Of a stretch of 32,000 bases of DNA, positions 1-9,937 are shown one piece after another. The notes below the pieces were generated by a model. It was not told where the DNA came from. It made no database searches and worked only from the letters and a program-made list of their open reading frames with translations. Source of the DNA: Pseudanabaenales cyanobacterium (GTDB lineage: Bacteria > Cyanobacteriota > Cyanobacteriia > Pseudanabaenales > Pseudanabaenaceae); the NCBI GenBank assembly GCA_038230875.1, contig JBBRMK010000008.1:18815-50814 (forward strand), read 5' to 3'. The position numbers were made by a program, and so were the translations under genes. Within the stretch, counting starts at the first letter, position 1; each line of letters begins with the position of its first letter.

Positions 1-1311
1 TTCATAGAGAATAGCTTGTTTATTTGCCTCACTTCCACGTCGCAACACCCGCCCTAAACGCTGGATATATTCACGGGCTGAACCTGTACCCGATAGCAAG
101 ATAGCAATACGCGCATCAGGCACATCAACACCTTCATTTAAAACATGAGATGTAACTAAAGTTTTGTACTTACCTTCTCGAAAAAAAGTCAAAATTTCGT
201 GACGTTCTTTAACAGGAGTTTGATGCGTGAGTGCAGGAATTAATAAATCTTGAGAAATACGATAGACCGTCGCGTTGTCATTAGTGAAAATTAGAGTACG
301 TTCAGAAAAATGTTGCGCGAGTAAATCTGACAGAACTCGCAATTTTGATTCTGTACCTAAAGATAATTCCTTTGATTCGCGATGTGCAAGCATAGCTCTT
401 CTACCCGCCTGCGATCGCCCACTAGCTTGGACAAATCTTTGCCATCCTTCCAAACTGCCGAGCGATATTTTCGATTCTTTTAAAAAATGATTACGACTTT
501 TAATAAGCGAGTCGTAGCGATCGCGTTCTTGTTCGGACAGCGAAACTTTAATCTGCACGATTTTATGTTCTGCTAAAGCCTGACCTGCTAGTTCTTCGGC
601 AGATTTGCGATAGACTTCCTCACCAATGAGAAATTCTAAATCAGCGTGTTTACCATCGCTACGTTCTGGCGTGGCGGTTAGTCCTAAACGATAAGGAGCG
701 ATCGCATATTCAGCAATTACACGAAAAAAGTCAGTGGGTAGATGATGACATTCATCGAATACAATCAAGCCGTAAAGATTGCCTAACGCTTCGGCTTGAA
801 TCGCAGCACTATCATAAGTTGACACTAAAATCGCCGTGCGATCGCGAGAACCTCCCCCCAATAGACCAATCTCAACGTCAGGGAAAGCTGCTAGTAAATG
901 GGCATACCATTGATGCATCAAATCAAGAGTTGGTACAACGATTAAAGTACTCCGATTTGTGACTTGCATAGCAAGTTGCGCTAGATAGGTTTTACCTGCG
1001 GCAGTTGGCAATACCACCACACCTTGCTTTCCTACTCTCTGCCATGCGGTGAGAGCTTCGCTTTGGTGTGGATAAGGTTCCATTTGAGAATGAGAAATTA
1101 AGTTAAGTTCGCTATATTTCCGTGATTTATCTTCGATCACAATCCCTTCGGATCGCAAAGTCAAAATTAACTCGCGATATCGATTAGCAGGAATACGGAA
1201 CTTCTCAATCCGATCATCCCAAGTTGCAAATTCAATCCATGCCTTGCCTTTAGGCGGTGGATGAAGAATTAAGGTGCCGCGATCATAAGTAAGTTGAGGT
1301 GTGCGGGGCAT
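1..1311 (-). CDS. SF2 DEAD/DEAH-box helicase, XPB/Rad25-like (ResIII type); C-terminus lies outside the window
   Basis: The minus-strand frame is open from the ATG (rc of 1309-1311) to the window edge, 437 codons. It is missing from the ORF track only because its stop is off-window. Translation begins MPRTPQLTYDRGTLILHPPPKGKAW. Helicase motif I is VVLPTAAGKT (rc ~992-1020), motif II is VFDECHH (rc ~741-765), and motif VI is QRLGRVLRR (rc ~35-60). Confidence 0.85.
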   Translation of the reverse strand, partial: MPRTPQLTYDRGTLILHPPPKGKAWIEFATWDDRIEKFRIPANRYRELILTLRSEGIVIEDKSRKYSELNLISHSQMEPYPHQSEALTAWQRVGKQGVVVLPTAAGKTYLAQLAMQVTNRSTLIVVPTLDLMHQWYAHLLAAFPDVEIGLLGGGSRDRTAILVSTYDSAAIQAEALGNLYGLIVFDECHHLPTDFFRVIAEYAIAPYRLGLTATPERSDGKHADLEFLIGEEVYRKSAEELAGQALAEHKIVQIKVSLSEQERDRYDSLIKSRNHFLKESKISLGSLEGWQRFVQASGRSQAGRRAMLAHRESKELSLGTESKLRVLSDLLAQHFSERTLIFTNDNATVYRISQDLLIPALTHQTPVKERHEILTFFREGKYKTLVTSHVLNEGVDVPDARIAILLSGTGSAREYIQRLGRVLRRGSEANKQAILYE

Positions 1312-1479
1312 ATTTCTAAAACTAGGAACTCAGAAATTAAGATTTGATAAAAGCTCTCAATAATTTTCCAATTATCACAAACTAAAATTTTTATTAATAT
1401 ATAACTTTTGAAATTATATTTTTGTACTTATATGAAGTTTAATTTTACTCAGTGATCATGTGAGGATTGTAAAAAGTTT

Positions 1480-3339
1480 ATGCTCAAACCTAAATCTGGT
1501 AATTCAGTCAACTTAGTTGCTCTTACAGCAACGATGATCGCCTCAACATTTATTGTTGGTACTTTAAGCACTAGTTGTGCTCAGGCTGAAGCTCAAAAGA
1601 ATACAACTATTTCTACAAATGAATCTGAGCTAGTTCAGGCAATTGGTCGAGATCCGATGATCATGCCTGCGATCGCTCCTAACAAAATCGAAACATCTAC
1701 ATCCCCTGCAAATCTCAATACCGACTCGCAAATTATTAAAGCGATTAATGCTGAGGCATTTCCGACTAAACCGATTAAAACCAGCGAGCAGGCAAAACAG
1801 AACTCCACCGCTCAAAACGTTACCTCAGTTTCCCAACTAAGTGATGTCAGACCCACAGACTGGGCTTTCACCGCATTACAATCTTTGGTTGAGCGCTATG
1901 GCTGCATTGCTGGCTATCCTGATCGCACTTTCCGTGGGAAACAAGCAACTAGTCGATATGAATTTGCGGCTGGATTAAATGCTTGCTTAGATAAAATCAA
2001 TGAAATTATCGCTGCTGGGCTATCTGACAAAGTTGGCAAAGAAGATCTCGCTACTTTGCAAAAGCTTCAAGAAGAATTTGCTGCAGAACTCGCTACTTTA
2101 CGCGGTCGGGTGGATGCTCTTGATGCTAAAACAGCCAAGCTTGAAGCTCAGCAATTTTCAACTACGACTAAGCTCTATGGGCAAGCAATTTTTGGCTTGC
2201 AAAACCGCTTTGCTAATACTGGCAGTTTAACCCCTAGAAATGGCATCAGAAATACCCCTGATGATGCTACTAATCTCACCTTTGGCTATAACCTGCAATT
2301 GAGCTTGGTGACGCAGTTCGAAAATCGCAGCATTTTACTGACAGGCTTGCAAGCAGGTAATGCCTCCACAGCTTCGACAACTTTTGTTAACAACAACTTT
2401 CTCACCAACACCTATACTCGCCTAGGATATGAGCTTAACACTGGCAATTCACTGCAACTTAGTGATTTGTCCTACCGCTTTTTGGTCGGCGATCGCCTTG
2501 CGATAATTGTTGGAGCAGCAGGTATAAGCCCATCAAGTGTCTTTCGTGGACCCAACCGTTATGAAAGTGCAGGTCAAGGAGCCCTCTCAGCCTTTGCTCA
2601 GCGCAACCCAATCTTGAACTTTCCAGGACAAGCAGGGGTTGGCTTTGATTTACAAATCAGCGATAACATCAGTTTGCAAGCTGTTTATGCAGCATCTTTA
2701 GCATCGGATCCTCAAAATGGTCTAACGGGTGGACCTTTTACGGCAGGCGCACAGCTTTCGATTACCCCTACAGATACTATTGACCTTGCGCTTTATTACC
2801 TTAATTCCTACACAACCAATGCCAGTCTAAATACAGGTGTTGGTGATAATTTAATTGGTCCGATCGCTGGACGTTTCTCAACTAATGCTTTTGGCGGTAC
2901 GTTGGCATGGAGACTCTCTCGTCAGATCACTTTAGGGGGTTGGGCAGGTTACACCTCATCCGATACAAGAGATGCTGGTTTGGGTGGCACAGTTACCACA
3001 TTTAACTGGATGGCATTTTTAAACTTCCCTGATTTGTTTGCGGAGGGCAATTTGGGCGGGATCTACGTTGGTCAACCTCCCAAAATTACTAGCAGTACCA
3101 TTACTCAAGGTGGAGTTCCTGCATTCAACATTCCTAGCGCGATCGGTTTAGCTGGCGTAAACGCTGGAGACTTTGGTGGACAGCCGTCTAGCACTACGCA
3201 CTTAGAGTTGTTCTATAGAATGCGTTTAAATGACAACATCAGCATCACCCCTGGAGTACTGTTTATTTTTAATCCTGTACAGACTGCTGGTAGTGACACA
3301 ATCACTGTGGGCGCTGTTCGTACAACTTTCACGTTTTAA
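1480..3339 (+). CDS. Outer-membrane porin with N-terminal SLH domain, coiled coil and OprB-type beta-barrel
   Basis: 619 aa with a signal peptide (LVALTATMIASTFIVGTLSTSCAQA). The SLH motif is VRPTDWAFTALQSLVERYGCIAGYPDRTFRGKQATSRYEFAAGL, followed by a coiled coil (LQKLQEEFAAELATLRGRVDALDAKTAKLEAQQF). The G/N/S/T-rich alternating barrel ends in a terminal aromatic (TTFTF). Confidence 0.85.
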   Translation: MLKPKSGNSVNLVALTATMIASTFIVGTLSTSCAQAEAQKNTTISTNESELVQAIGRDPMIMPAIAPNKIETSTSPANLNTDSQIIKAINAEAFPTKPIKTSEQAKQNSTAQNVTSVSQLSDVRPTDWAFTALQSLVERYGCIAGYPDRTFRGKQATSRYEFAAGLNACLDKINEIIAAGLSDKVGKEDLATLQKLQEEFAAELATLRGRVDALDAKTAKLEAQQFSTTTKLYGQAIFGLQNRFANTGSLTPRNGIRNTPDDATNLTFGYNLQLSLVTQFENRSILLTGLQAGNASTASTTFVNNNFLTNTYTRLGYELNTGNSLQLSDLSYRFLVGDRLAIIVGAAGISPSSVFRGPNRYESAGQGALSAFAQRNPILNFPGQAGVGFDLQISDNISLQAVYAASLASDPQNGLTGGPFTAGAQLSITPTDTIDLALYYLNSYTTNASLNTGVGDNLIGPIAGRFSTNAFGGTLAWRLSRQITLGGWAGYTSSDTRDAGLGGTVTTFNWMAFLNFPDLFAEGNLGGIYVGQPPKITSSTITQGGVPAFNIPSAIGLAGVNAGDFGGQPSSTTHLELFYRMRLNDNISITPGVLFIFNPVQTAGSDTITVGAVRTTFTF

Positions 3340-3354
3340 CGCTAAATCTATAAA

Positions 3355-3390
3355 ACAGGGCATAGAAAATCACTGCCCTTGTTTTGTAGA
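3355..3390 (+). terminator. Possible intrinsic terminator after the porin gene
   Basis: The short stem AGGGC (3357-3361) / GCCCT (3375-3379) is followed by tgttttg. The stem is weak. Confidence 0.4.
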
Positions 3391-3591
3391 CCAATCTAAA
3401 ATTTAGTTTATTAAGAAGAAAATCTTTAAAATCTTGGGAACCATAGAAATAGCTTAGCCGTCTTGGGTGAAATAAGTTTTTAGTTGGAACTACTTCGAGC
3501 TATTCACGTCGCATCTGAATCTTTTGGCAATTAATGCCTCAGTTTCAGCATTAATCAAGCAATAACAAAAAATATTAAGAGGGACAAGAAA

Positions 3592-4869
3592 ATGCTAAGT
3601 CGGATTAAACAATATACATTCAATTTGGGGGCGATCGCACTTACTTTAACTGCCTCAGCGATCGCGGTAAATCCGTCACTTGCTCAAACGACCTCAGTGC
3701 CAATTACAGGCGGGAATTTTTCCGTAAATTTAACTAGTGCAGGTGCAGTTAGCAATCCAACTGGTGCAGGCATAACAGTTTTAACTCCAGTGGGCACAGC
3801 TCAAATTACGAGCTTAACAGGAACCACGGCTACCTCCACACCACTCACGACTAATGGAGCATTCGACATTCAAGGCACTTCTACTAACGGATCTGTCAAC
3901 TTTGATGATGGTAGAACTTCAACTTTTACAAATGCCCAAAGCACAATCAAAGGTAGTATTTCCACTGTTAACGGAGCCGCCCCTGTTGGTTCTTTGCCAG
4001 TATCTTCACTTGCATCTCCTGCAACAGTAGCAGGCTCAATCAAAACAGGTTCTTCAATTCAAGTACCGACTTCAAGCATTTCAGCTTTACCTGCGAATAC
4101 AGTTATTGTTCCAATTACAAGTGGCACATTTGATGTAGTTCGTTTTTCAAGTACTACAGTTGTCAATAATAGTCCGACAACTGTTCTTACTCCCTATGGC
4201 ACAGCACAACTCACTAAGTTTGAATATGCCACAATTGACAATTTGAATGGCACAAACGTATTCAACGTTAACGATGAAGTACGGGGTACTGCTTTAGCTT
4301 CGGGTTCAATTCCTACCAAAGTTAGCAATTTCACTGATGCTAAGGCTGCTGTTATCGGCACTGTTACAACTACCTCTACAAATAGTAATAGTTCAGTTAA
4401 CCTAAAGGGTAATATCACCAGTGGAAATCTGATTGTTCCAGCTTCTAGTACATCCGCTTTACCACCCGCTAGTAATGAATCAATTCTCATTATTCTTACC
4501 AACCGTCAACTGTTTAAGTTGGTTGGTCTGAGTCCGAGCTTTTTGGCTCCTAGCAAGACCAAATTCTTATTCGTGCTTGTCAATAACCAAAGCTTGCTGA
4601 ACTATGTAGAGTCTAAGTCTACAGAAGTATCAAATACTGAACCTGTATCAATTGGTAACAGCAATGCAGTAGATTCACTTGTATTTTTGTCTTTTCAAAA
4701 AACCGTTCTTTTTCCTAGTTCATATGAAGTTGCTCTTACTCGCCCAGTCTATTTAGTTGGTAAAATTCCACCAGGTCAACTTAAGAAGCAACGTGTTGTC
4801 TTTATTGGTATGGGAAGCCGCCTCATACCTGGATTTGGTGTAGTTTCTAAAGTCGAGAATGATGATTAA
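3592..4869 (+). CDS. Secreted Thr/Ser-rich protein of unknown function with an internal duplication
   Basis: 425 aa with a signal peptide (IALTLTASAIAVNPSLAQT). Two related segments are present: PITGGNFSVNLTS..TVLTPVGTAQITSL and PITSGTFDVVRFS..TVLTPYGTAQLTKF. I recognise no family. Confidence 0.6.
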   Translation: MLSRIKQYTFNLGAIALTLTASAIAVNPSLAQTTSVPITGGNFSVNLTSAGAVSNPTGAGITVLTPVGTAQITSLTGTTATSTPLTTNGAFDIQGTSTNGSVNFDDGRTSTFTNAQSTIKGSISTVNGAAPVGSLPVSSLASPATVAGSIKTGSSIQVPTSSISALPANTVIVPITSGTFDVVRFSSTTVVNNSPTTVLTPYGTAQLTKFEYATIDNLNGTNVFNVNDEVRGTALASGSIPTKVSNFTDAKAAVIGTVTTTSTNSNSSVNLKGNITSGNLIVPASSTSALPPASNESILIILTNRQLFKLVGLSPSFLAPSKTKFLFVLVNNQSLLNYVESKSTEVSNTEPVSIGNSNAVDSLVFLSFQKTVLFPSSYEVALTRPVYLVGKIPPGQLKKQRVVFIGMGSRLIPGFGVVSKVENDD

Positions 4870-4940
4870 GCAAATCTCTTGCGATTTGCTTAATCATTCA
4901 TAAACTAAAAAGAAGAGGCTTTTAAGCCCCTTTTTTTTAG
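4864..4940. terminator. Bidirectional terminator region between convergent genes
   Basis: A perfect 13-bp hairpin gattaagcaaatc / gatttgcttaatc overlaps the stop codon. A second GC hairpin (ggctt..aagcc) is flanked by an A-run upstream and a T8 run downstream. Confidence 0.6.
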
Positions 4941-4942
4941 TT

Positions 4943-5767
4943 TTACCGAGCCTCAGGAGAGGGGGTAATACGCTTGGGAGAGGGAATAAGGTAAGCAACT
5001 ACTGCACCACCGACAAACCCTGCGACATTGCGAACAATGGGAACCCATTCACTAGTCCTTGTCAAAACGGGACCAAGACCGAAAGAGATAAACAACATTC
5101 CCCATAGCGGCGTGAAAATTAGCGCCCATTTCCATGCAAAGATCTCGCCTTCTTTGCGCGGATGCCCTGCAAAACCAAAGATGATGCCACCAACAATTGA
5201 AGTGATTAGGGTAAGAATCCATTGCTCTTGAGGAATACCAGGGACGGCTATGCAGCCGTCTTGATCTAAACAAGTGGCGATCGCATCAATAGAGGACAAA
5301 ATTGATTGAGCATGTCCCTGTTCGCGCACATAAAACTGATTGCCATAACGTGATTGCAACTCAATCCAAAAGCCCCGTGATAGCAGGGGATACACTGCAT
5401 CGCCAACGCTAAAGTTGAGTAAATTACGTCCGCGTGAGTCTGCAACTAGCATCACACTGGCATTGTCTAGTCCCCAAAATTCTTTGACTGCTCGACCAGG
5501 AGTGCGATCAACTTGAGTGAGTACTCGCAATTTCCAGCCTGTTTTATCTTCAAATTCTGTCAGTTTTTGATCCAAAGCCAATTCTTCCGAATCAGTTAGG
5601 AATCGTCCTAAATCAATCACATTTGTATATTTTTCAGGCAGCAACTCTGGCGCGTCAAAAGCATGGGCAGCAGGTATATGAATAAAAGCGATCGCTAACG
5701 GCAGAAAAAAGGCGATCGCCAAAGTTATAAATCTTTGAAAAATTTTTGGAAAAGTTAATTTGTACAT
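4943..5767 (-). CDS. TPM (TLP18.3/Psb32/MOLO-1-like) domain membrane protein
   Basis: 274 aa. An N-terminal signal/anchor is followed by a region resembling TPM phosphatase-type domains (VIDLGRFLTDSEELALDQKLTEFEDKTGWKLRVLT..MLVADSRGRNLLNF). The C-terminus has hydrophobic helices. Confidence 0.55.
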   Translation of the reverse strand: MYKLTFPKIFQRFITLAIAFFLPLAIAFIHIPAAHAFDAPELLPEKYTNVIDLGRFLTDSEELALDQKLTEFEDKTGWKLRVLTQVDRTPGRAVKEFWGLDNASVMLVADSRGRNLLNFSVGDAVYPLLSRGFWIELQSRYGNQFYVREQGHAQSILSSIDAIATCLDQDGCIAVPGIPQEQWILTLITSIVGGIIFGFAGHPRKEGEIFAWKWALIFTPLWGMLFISFGLGPVLTRTSEWVPIVRNVAGFVGGAVVAYLIPSPKRITPSPEAR

Positions 5768-5868
5768 AAGTATTTATTATAAAGAGCGTCTTAATATTTC
5801 TTAATATCTTAGCAGGGGTATATAGTTTAAATAACTCTTCTCAGTATTTTTAGTAGTATTTTTAATTA

Positions 5869-6708
5869 ATGGCAAGCCCAATTCAGTGGTATCCCGGACA
5901 TATAGCTAAAGCTGAAAAACAATTGTTAGAACAGCTTAAGTTAGTGGATGTAGTAATTGAAGTGCGTGATTCGCGCATTTTAATGTCTAGTAAACATCCA
6001 AAAATTGAAAAGTGGGTGGAAGGCAAGTCTCATATTTTGGTGTGCAATCGCATTGATGCCATATCTTCGAGCGTAAAATCTCAATGGATGCGCTGGTTTA
6101 CTGAGCAAGAGCGCATCGCCTACTTCACCGACGCACAGGCTGGCAAAGGTATGGTGGATTTACTAAAAGCTGCCCAAGTGGCAGGCGAAAAGGTAAATGA
6201 ACGGCGGCACGGTCGAGGAATGTTGCCGCGTCCAGTGCGCGCCGTGGTAGTAGGATTTCCAAATGTGGGTAAATCAGCGTTAATCAATCGGTTGCTCAAT
6301 AAAAAGGTAGTTGCTAGTGCGAATCGTCCAGGGGTAACCCGTCAATTGCGCTGGATCAGAATTTCCGATCAGATCGAATTACTAGATACGCCTGGCGTAA
6401 TCCCTCCTTTGCTGCACGATCAAGATGCGGCGATGAAATTAGCTATTTGTGATGATATCGGACAGGCTGCTTACGACAATGTATTGGTAGCAGCCGAAGC
6501 AGTAGATCTGTTGATCAAATTAAATGTGAAATTAAGCAGTCGTTACATTATCGATCCGCAGACCGTGACTTCAGGGATTGAATATATTCACCAAGTCGCT
6601 ACTTTAAATAAGTTTCAAGGTGATTTAGATAAAGTTGCGAGGTTGATTTTATATGATTTTCGCAAAGGTAAGTTAGGTGCGATCGCTTTAGAGATGCCGC
6701 CATTCTAA
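5869..6708 (+). CDS. rbgA: Ribosome biogenesis GTPase A (YlqF/RbgA), circularly permuted GTPase
   Basis: The N-terminus is WYPGHIAKAEKQL. The G4-like CNRID precedes G1 GFPNVGKSALIN and G3 LLDTPGV, which is the permuted order typical of RbgA. 279 aa. Confidence 0.9.
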   Translation: MASPIQWYPGHIAKAEKQLLEQLKLVDVVIEVRDSRILMSSKHPKIEKWVEGKSHILVCNRIDAISSSVKSQWMRWFTEQERIAYFTDAQAGKGMVDLLKAAQVAGEKVNERRHGRGMLPRPVRAVVVGFPNVGKSALINRLLNKKVVASANRPGVTRQLRWIRISDQIELLDTPGVIPPLLHDQDAAMKLAICDDIGQAAYDNVLVAAEAVDLLIKLNVKLSSRYIIDPQTVTSGIEYIHQVATLNKFQGDLDKVARLILYDFRKGKLGAIALEMPPF

Positions 6709-6824
6709 ATTTGCATATAGTTCGATTTATCAGAAAGATATTTTTTGCTAGCTTTACCTAGAGATCTGCATAGAAGGTGATCGATTGAGTGATAATAAGT
6801 TGCTTAAATGAAGCTTAAAGGATT

Positions 6825-7736
6825 ATGTCAACTAGCAAAATTTATCTAAAAGGGGTAAGAGCCTACGGATATGTGGGTTATTTACCCGAAGAGAATGTAT
6901 TAGGTCAATGGTTTGAAGTTGATGCAACGTTATGGGTGGATTTTGAGAAGTCAACCTACAGCGATGATATTGAAGATACAGTCAACTATATTTCTTGTAT
7001 CAATAAGATCGAGACGCTGATTCAGACTCAAAAATATAAACTAATCGAGCGACTAGTTGGTGCGATCGCTGACTCTCTTCTCGAAGACATGATGATTGAA
7101 AAAGTCGAACTGCGAGTAATTAAGCGTCCGCCAATTCCTAACTTTCAAGGTTCAGTTGCTGTAGAAATTGTGCGATCGCGTTCTCAACTCTTAGAAACAA
7201 ATACAAAAGAATCTATCTCCACATCGCAACCTCAAAACTCAATCCCAAAGACTTCACCAATCAATACTTCTCAAATTGCAGATTCAGGCGAGTTAAAAAT
7301 TATTAGCATTCACACTGATGGTGCTTGCTCCAAAAACCCAGGTCCTGGCGGTTGGGGAGCAGTTATCCATTTTTCAGATGGCAGCACTAAAGAACTTGGC
7401 GGCGGTATTCGCGAAACGACTAACAATCAAATGGAACTACAAGGCGCGATCGCTGCTTTAGAATTTCTTGCAACTCATAAACAATCAACGCCTGTCGATC
7501 TTTATACCGATAGTAAATATGTGCTGGACGGAATCACCAAATGGATTAAAGGCTGGAAAAAGAATGGTTGGAAAACCAAAGACAATAAACCTGTCAAAAA
7601 TCAAGAATTTTGGCAACAACTCGATCCCCTTAATTCTGCAAATATCCAATGGCATTGGGTAGAGGGTCATTCTGGCGATCCTGATAATGAGCGTTGTGAT
7701 GTGATCGCCCGCAGCTACACCGCCAAATATATGTAA
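6825..7736 (+). CDS. Fusion protein: dihydroneopterin aldolase (FolB) N-terminal domain + RNase HI C-terminal domain
   Basis: Residues 1-118 look like FolB ([31 protein letters not shown]). A low-complexity S/T/P/Q linker follows. Residues ~159-303 are RNase HI with the catalytic acidic residues in context ([37 protein letters not shown]). It is one uninterrupted ORF. Confidence 0.8.
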   Translation: MSTSKIYLKGVRAYGYVGYLPEENVLGQWFEVDATLWVDFEKSTYSDDIEDTVNYISCINKIETLIQTQKYKLIERLVGAIADSLLEDMMIEKVELRVIKRPPIPNFQGSVAVEIVRSRSQLLETNTKESISTSQPQNSIPKTSPINTSQIADSGELKIISIHTDGACSKNPGPGGWGAVIHFSDGSTKELGGGIRETTNNQMELQGAIAALEFLATHKQSTPVDLYTDSKYVLDGITKWIKGWKKNGWKTKDNKPVKNQEFWQQLDPLNSANIQWHWVEGHSGDPDNERCDVIARSYTAKYM

Positions 7737-7791
7737 AACAGTTGCACTAAGCGATCGCACCATAAGCACCTCAAAAAAGCGATCGCTGCGA

Positions 7792-8355
7792 TCAGAAAAT
7801 ATCCTCATAAATATCTGCCATCGTTAAAGATAAATTTAGTGAATTTAGAACTAAATTATCCTCAAGCCCCAATGTTTCTTTAGTCCAATTACCTGCCAAA
7901 TCTTGGCGATAGACTTCTATCTTTATTTTGTCTTGCGAAACCAAAACATATTCTTGCAGACTACTAATTGTCTGATAATTAATCAACTTTTCGCGGCGAT
8001 CGCTTACCTCAGTACTTGGTGACAATACCTCAAAAATCACACAAGGATAATTTACCAAATAGGTATCTCTATCTTCAGGACTGCAAGTAATTAGTACGTC
8101 AGGATAATAAAATACAGTCTTATTTTGATAGACAGACTTTAGTATTACCTTCATGTCTGACATAAACACATCGCAACTTCTTCCTCGTAATTGAGAACGC
8201 AAGCGACTGGCAATATTCAACGTAATTATATTATGGGCTTTGCTTCCTCCAGCCATCGCAAAAATCTGACCATCTAGATATTCATGGCGAACTTCGCTTC
8301 TACTTTCCGCTTCTAAATATTCCGTGACCGAGAAAATGGGTATTGGCGATCGCAT
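7792..8355 (-). CDS. Uma2-family (DUF820) PD-(D/E)xK endonuclease
   Basis: 187 aa with EYLDGQIFAMAGGSKAHNIITLNI, YPDVLITC, FEVLSPST and REKLINYQTISSLQEYVLVSQ, typical of cyanobacterial Uma2 proteins. Confidence 0.85.
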   Translation of the reverse strand: MRSPIPIFSVTEYLEAESRSEVRHEYLDGQIFAMAGGSKAHNIITLNIASRLRSQLRGRSCDVFMSDMKVILKSVYQNKTVFYYPDVLITCSPEDRDTYLVNYPCVIFEVLSPSTEVSDRREKLINYQTISSLQEYVLVSQDKIKIEVYRQDLAGNWTKETLGLEDNLVLNSLNLSLTMADIYEDIF

Positions 8356-8416
8356 AATTTCTAGTTCTCAGTAATTTTTACTTTAACTGTCATTACAATT
8401 ATATGCTTCTGCTCAA

Positions 8417-8486
8417 AATAAAGCGATCGCCCCAACCCTTATCTCCAAAATTTTACACAACAGCGATCGACCTCCCTACAACATGT
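8417..8486 (+). repeat. Solo copy of the 67-68-bp HIP1-containing repeat unit
   Basis: aaagcgatcgccccaacccttatctccaaaattttacacaacagcgatcgacc matches the units tandemly repeated at 9139-9430. Confidence 0.8.
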
Positions 8487-8561
8487 CGAAAGATTTGAAA
8501 TCGAATCTATTCTAAAGCGTTAAAGTTGTTAAAATGTAAGCTAATCTATAACTTCAAGCCT

Positions 8562-8894
8562 ATGCAACTTCCTAACGGAGATCGAGCCGTACTTGGAGAT
8601 AAACTTGAGCGATATTGTCTGAACTACGAGCATCAAAAAGGTAAATACAAAGCCTTTTTGTTTGAAAAACGCCTTGGCATTACCATAGCCAACAGAGAAA
8701 TTTTAGAGGGGCTTTACTTGAAGCTGCTAGTGAAGGTGAAGCTGAACTATATAAAATCGATCAATATGGCAATCATTACGATCTTGCCTTTTCGCTTCAT
8801 ACCGATGTTGGCGAATCTCTGATTTTAAGTTGTTGGATTATTAAAATCACTGAAGACTTTCCGCGCCTGACAAACACTTACCCCATCGACTAGC
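8562..8894 (+). pseudogene. DUF6883-like gene, frameshifted in a G-run
   Basis: MQLPNGDRAVLGDKLERYCLNYEHQKGKYKAFLFEKRLGITIANREILEG is followed by nonsense in frame. One frame over, it continues ALLEAASEGEAELYKIDQYGNHYDLAFSLHTDVGESLILSCWIIKITEDFPRLTNTYPID to the stop at 8892-8894. The switch point is the GGGG run at 8708-8711. Confidence 0.7.
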
Positions 8895-8895
8895 T

Positions 8896-9138
8896 ATGAA
8901 CGAAATCAAAGAATACGATCTGGTTGCACTAACCGAAGATGCGATCGCTACGCACAAAGTTACCCATCAGCAAATTCTACTCCGTCGAGGACAAATGGGA
9001 ACTGTCTTAATGGCATTTGAGCACAAAGCATTTCTAATCGATTTTACAGATAGTCGAGGTAATACTTTTGCAATGGAGACTATTGAACCAATTAAACTGT
9101 TACGCCTCATCAATGAACCAGAGTTAGTCCACACATAA
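8896..9138 (+). CDS. DUF4926 domain protein (partner of DUF6883-type genes)
   Basis: 80 aa, MNEIKEYDLVALTEDA...GQMGTVLMAFEHKAFLIDFTDSRGNTFAMETIEP. It starts 1 nt after the stop of the upstream pseudogene. Confidence 0.65.
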   Translation: MNEIKEYDLVALTEDAIATHKVTHQQILLRRGQMGTVLMAFEHKAFLIDFTDSRGNTFAMETIEPIKLLRLINEPELVHT

Positions 9139-9430
9139 AAATTAAATGCGATCGCTCCAACCCTCATCTCCAAAATTTCGCATAACAGCGATCGCCCCAT
9201 AAACATATCAAAAAGCGATCGCCCCAACCCTCATCTCCAAAATCTCGCATAACAGCGATCGCCCCTTAAAAACCTCAAAAAAGCGATCATCCCAACCCTC
9301 AACTTCCAAAATCCTACACAACACCGATTGCCACATAATCACCCAAAAAAGCGATCACCCCAACTTTCATCTTCTAAATTTTACATAATAGCGATCGCGA
9401 CATAAATACATTAAAAAGTGATCACTAATA
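9139..9430 (+). repeat. Tandem array of about 4.3 copies of a 67-68-bp unit
   Basis: Units start at about 9139, 9210, 9277, 9345 and 9413 (partial). The consensus is aaaaagcgatcgccccaaccctcatctccaaaatctcgcataacagcgatcgcccc..aaa. Copies degrade progressively 5' to 3', and the HIP1 sites are lost in units 3-5. Confidence 0.9.
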
Positions 9431-9937
9431 TATTTACTGATAATCCAATACAATTTAATCACTTCTTAATTGGCAGTAACAAAGATTTTTTGCGGAGCAG
9501 TTTTGATGAGAATGCAAAAGTCAGTTAATTGTGTCTGCAAAGAGTCTGTTATGATCGTGTTTTAATAGATTGTGGATAAGCTAACATTCAGCCTTTCGCT
9601 TCGCGATTGGATGATAAAGTAGTCTGGGATTTTTTACTTTAATTGCTCTGCTTGGCATCTGGCATGAAACTTTTTAATAATTTATCTGATTTATTCTATT
9701 TAAGCTTCTATCATCCCCAATATAATTATTACGAAGATTGCTATGAAGACAATGAAGAATTTGATGAGTATAGTAATACTATCTTGGAATTAAAAAATAA
9801 GGAAGAATATGTAATTAATTTCTTTCTTAAAGAATTTAGAAGTTTTCTAAGTGATGAAGATATAGCCATTGTTACCGTGCCATCTGGTAAATCCACTAAT
9901 ATATATTCAGGTATTCGTGAATTATCTAAAAGATTAG

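Noticed and set aside
275-490. 71-aa plus-strand ORF at the window start.
   Set aside because: It lies antisense within the helicase gene, whose minus-strand frame is open across the entire 1311 nt and carries motifs I, II and VI.
1630-5273. Short internal or antisense ORFs in the porin, Thr-rich protein and TPM genes (1630-1815, 2000-2230, 4194-4502, 5028-5231, 5052-5273).
   Set aside because: Each is nested within a longer ORF that has signal peptides or domain motifs. None has independent support.
9139-9430. Possible CRISPR array, because regularly spaced repeats contain GCGATCGC.
   Set aside because: The whole 67-68-bp period is repeated, so there are no unique spacers between short repeats. 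The units decay along the array, and no cas genes or leader are present. It is a plain tandem repeat.
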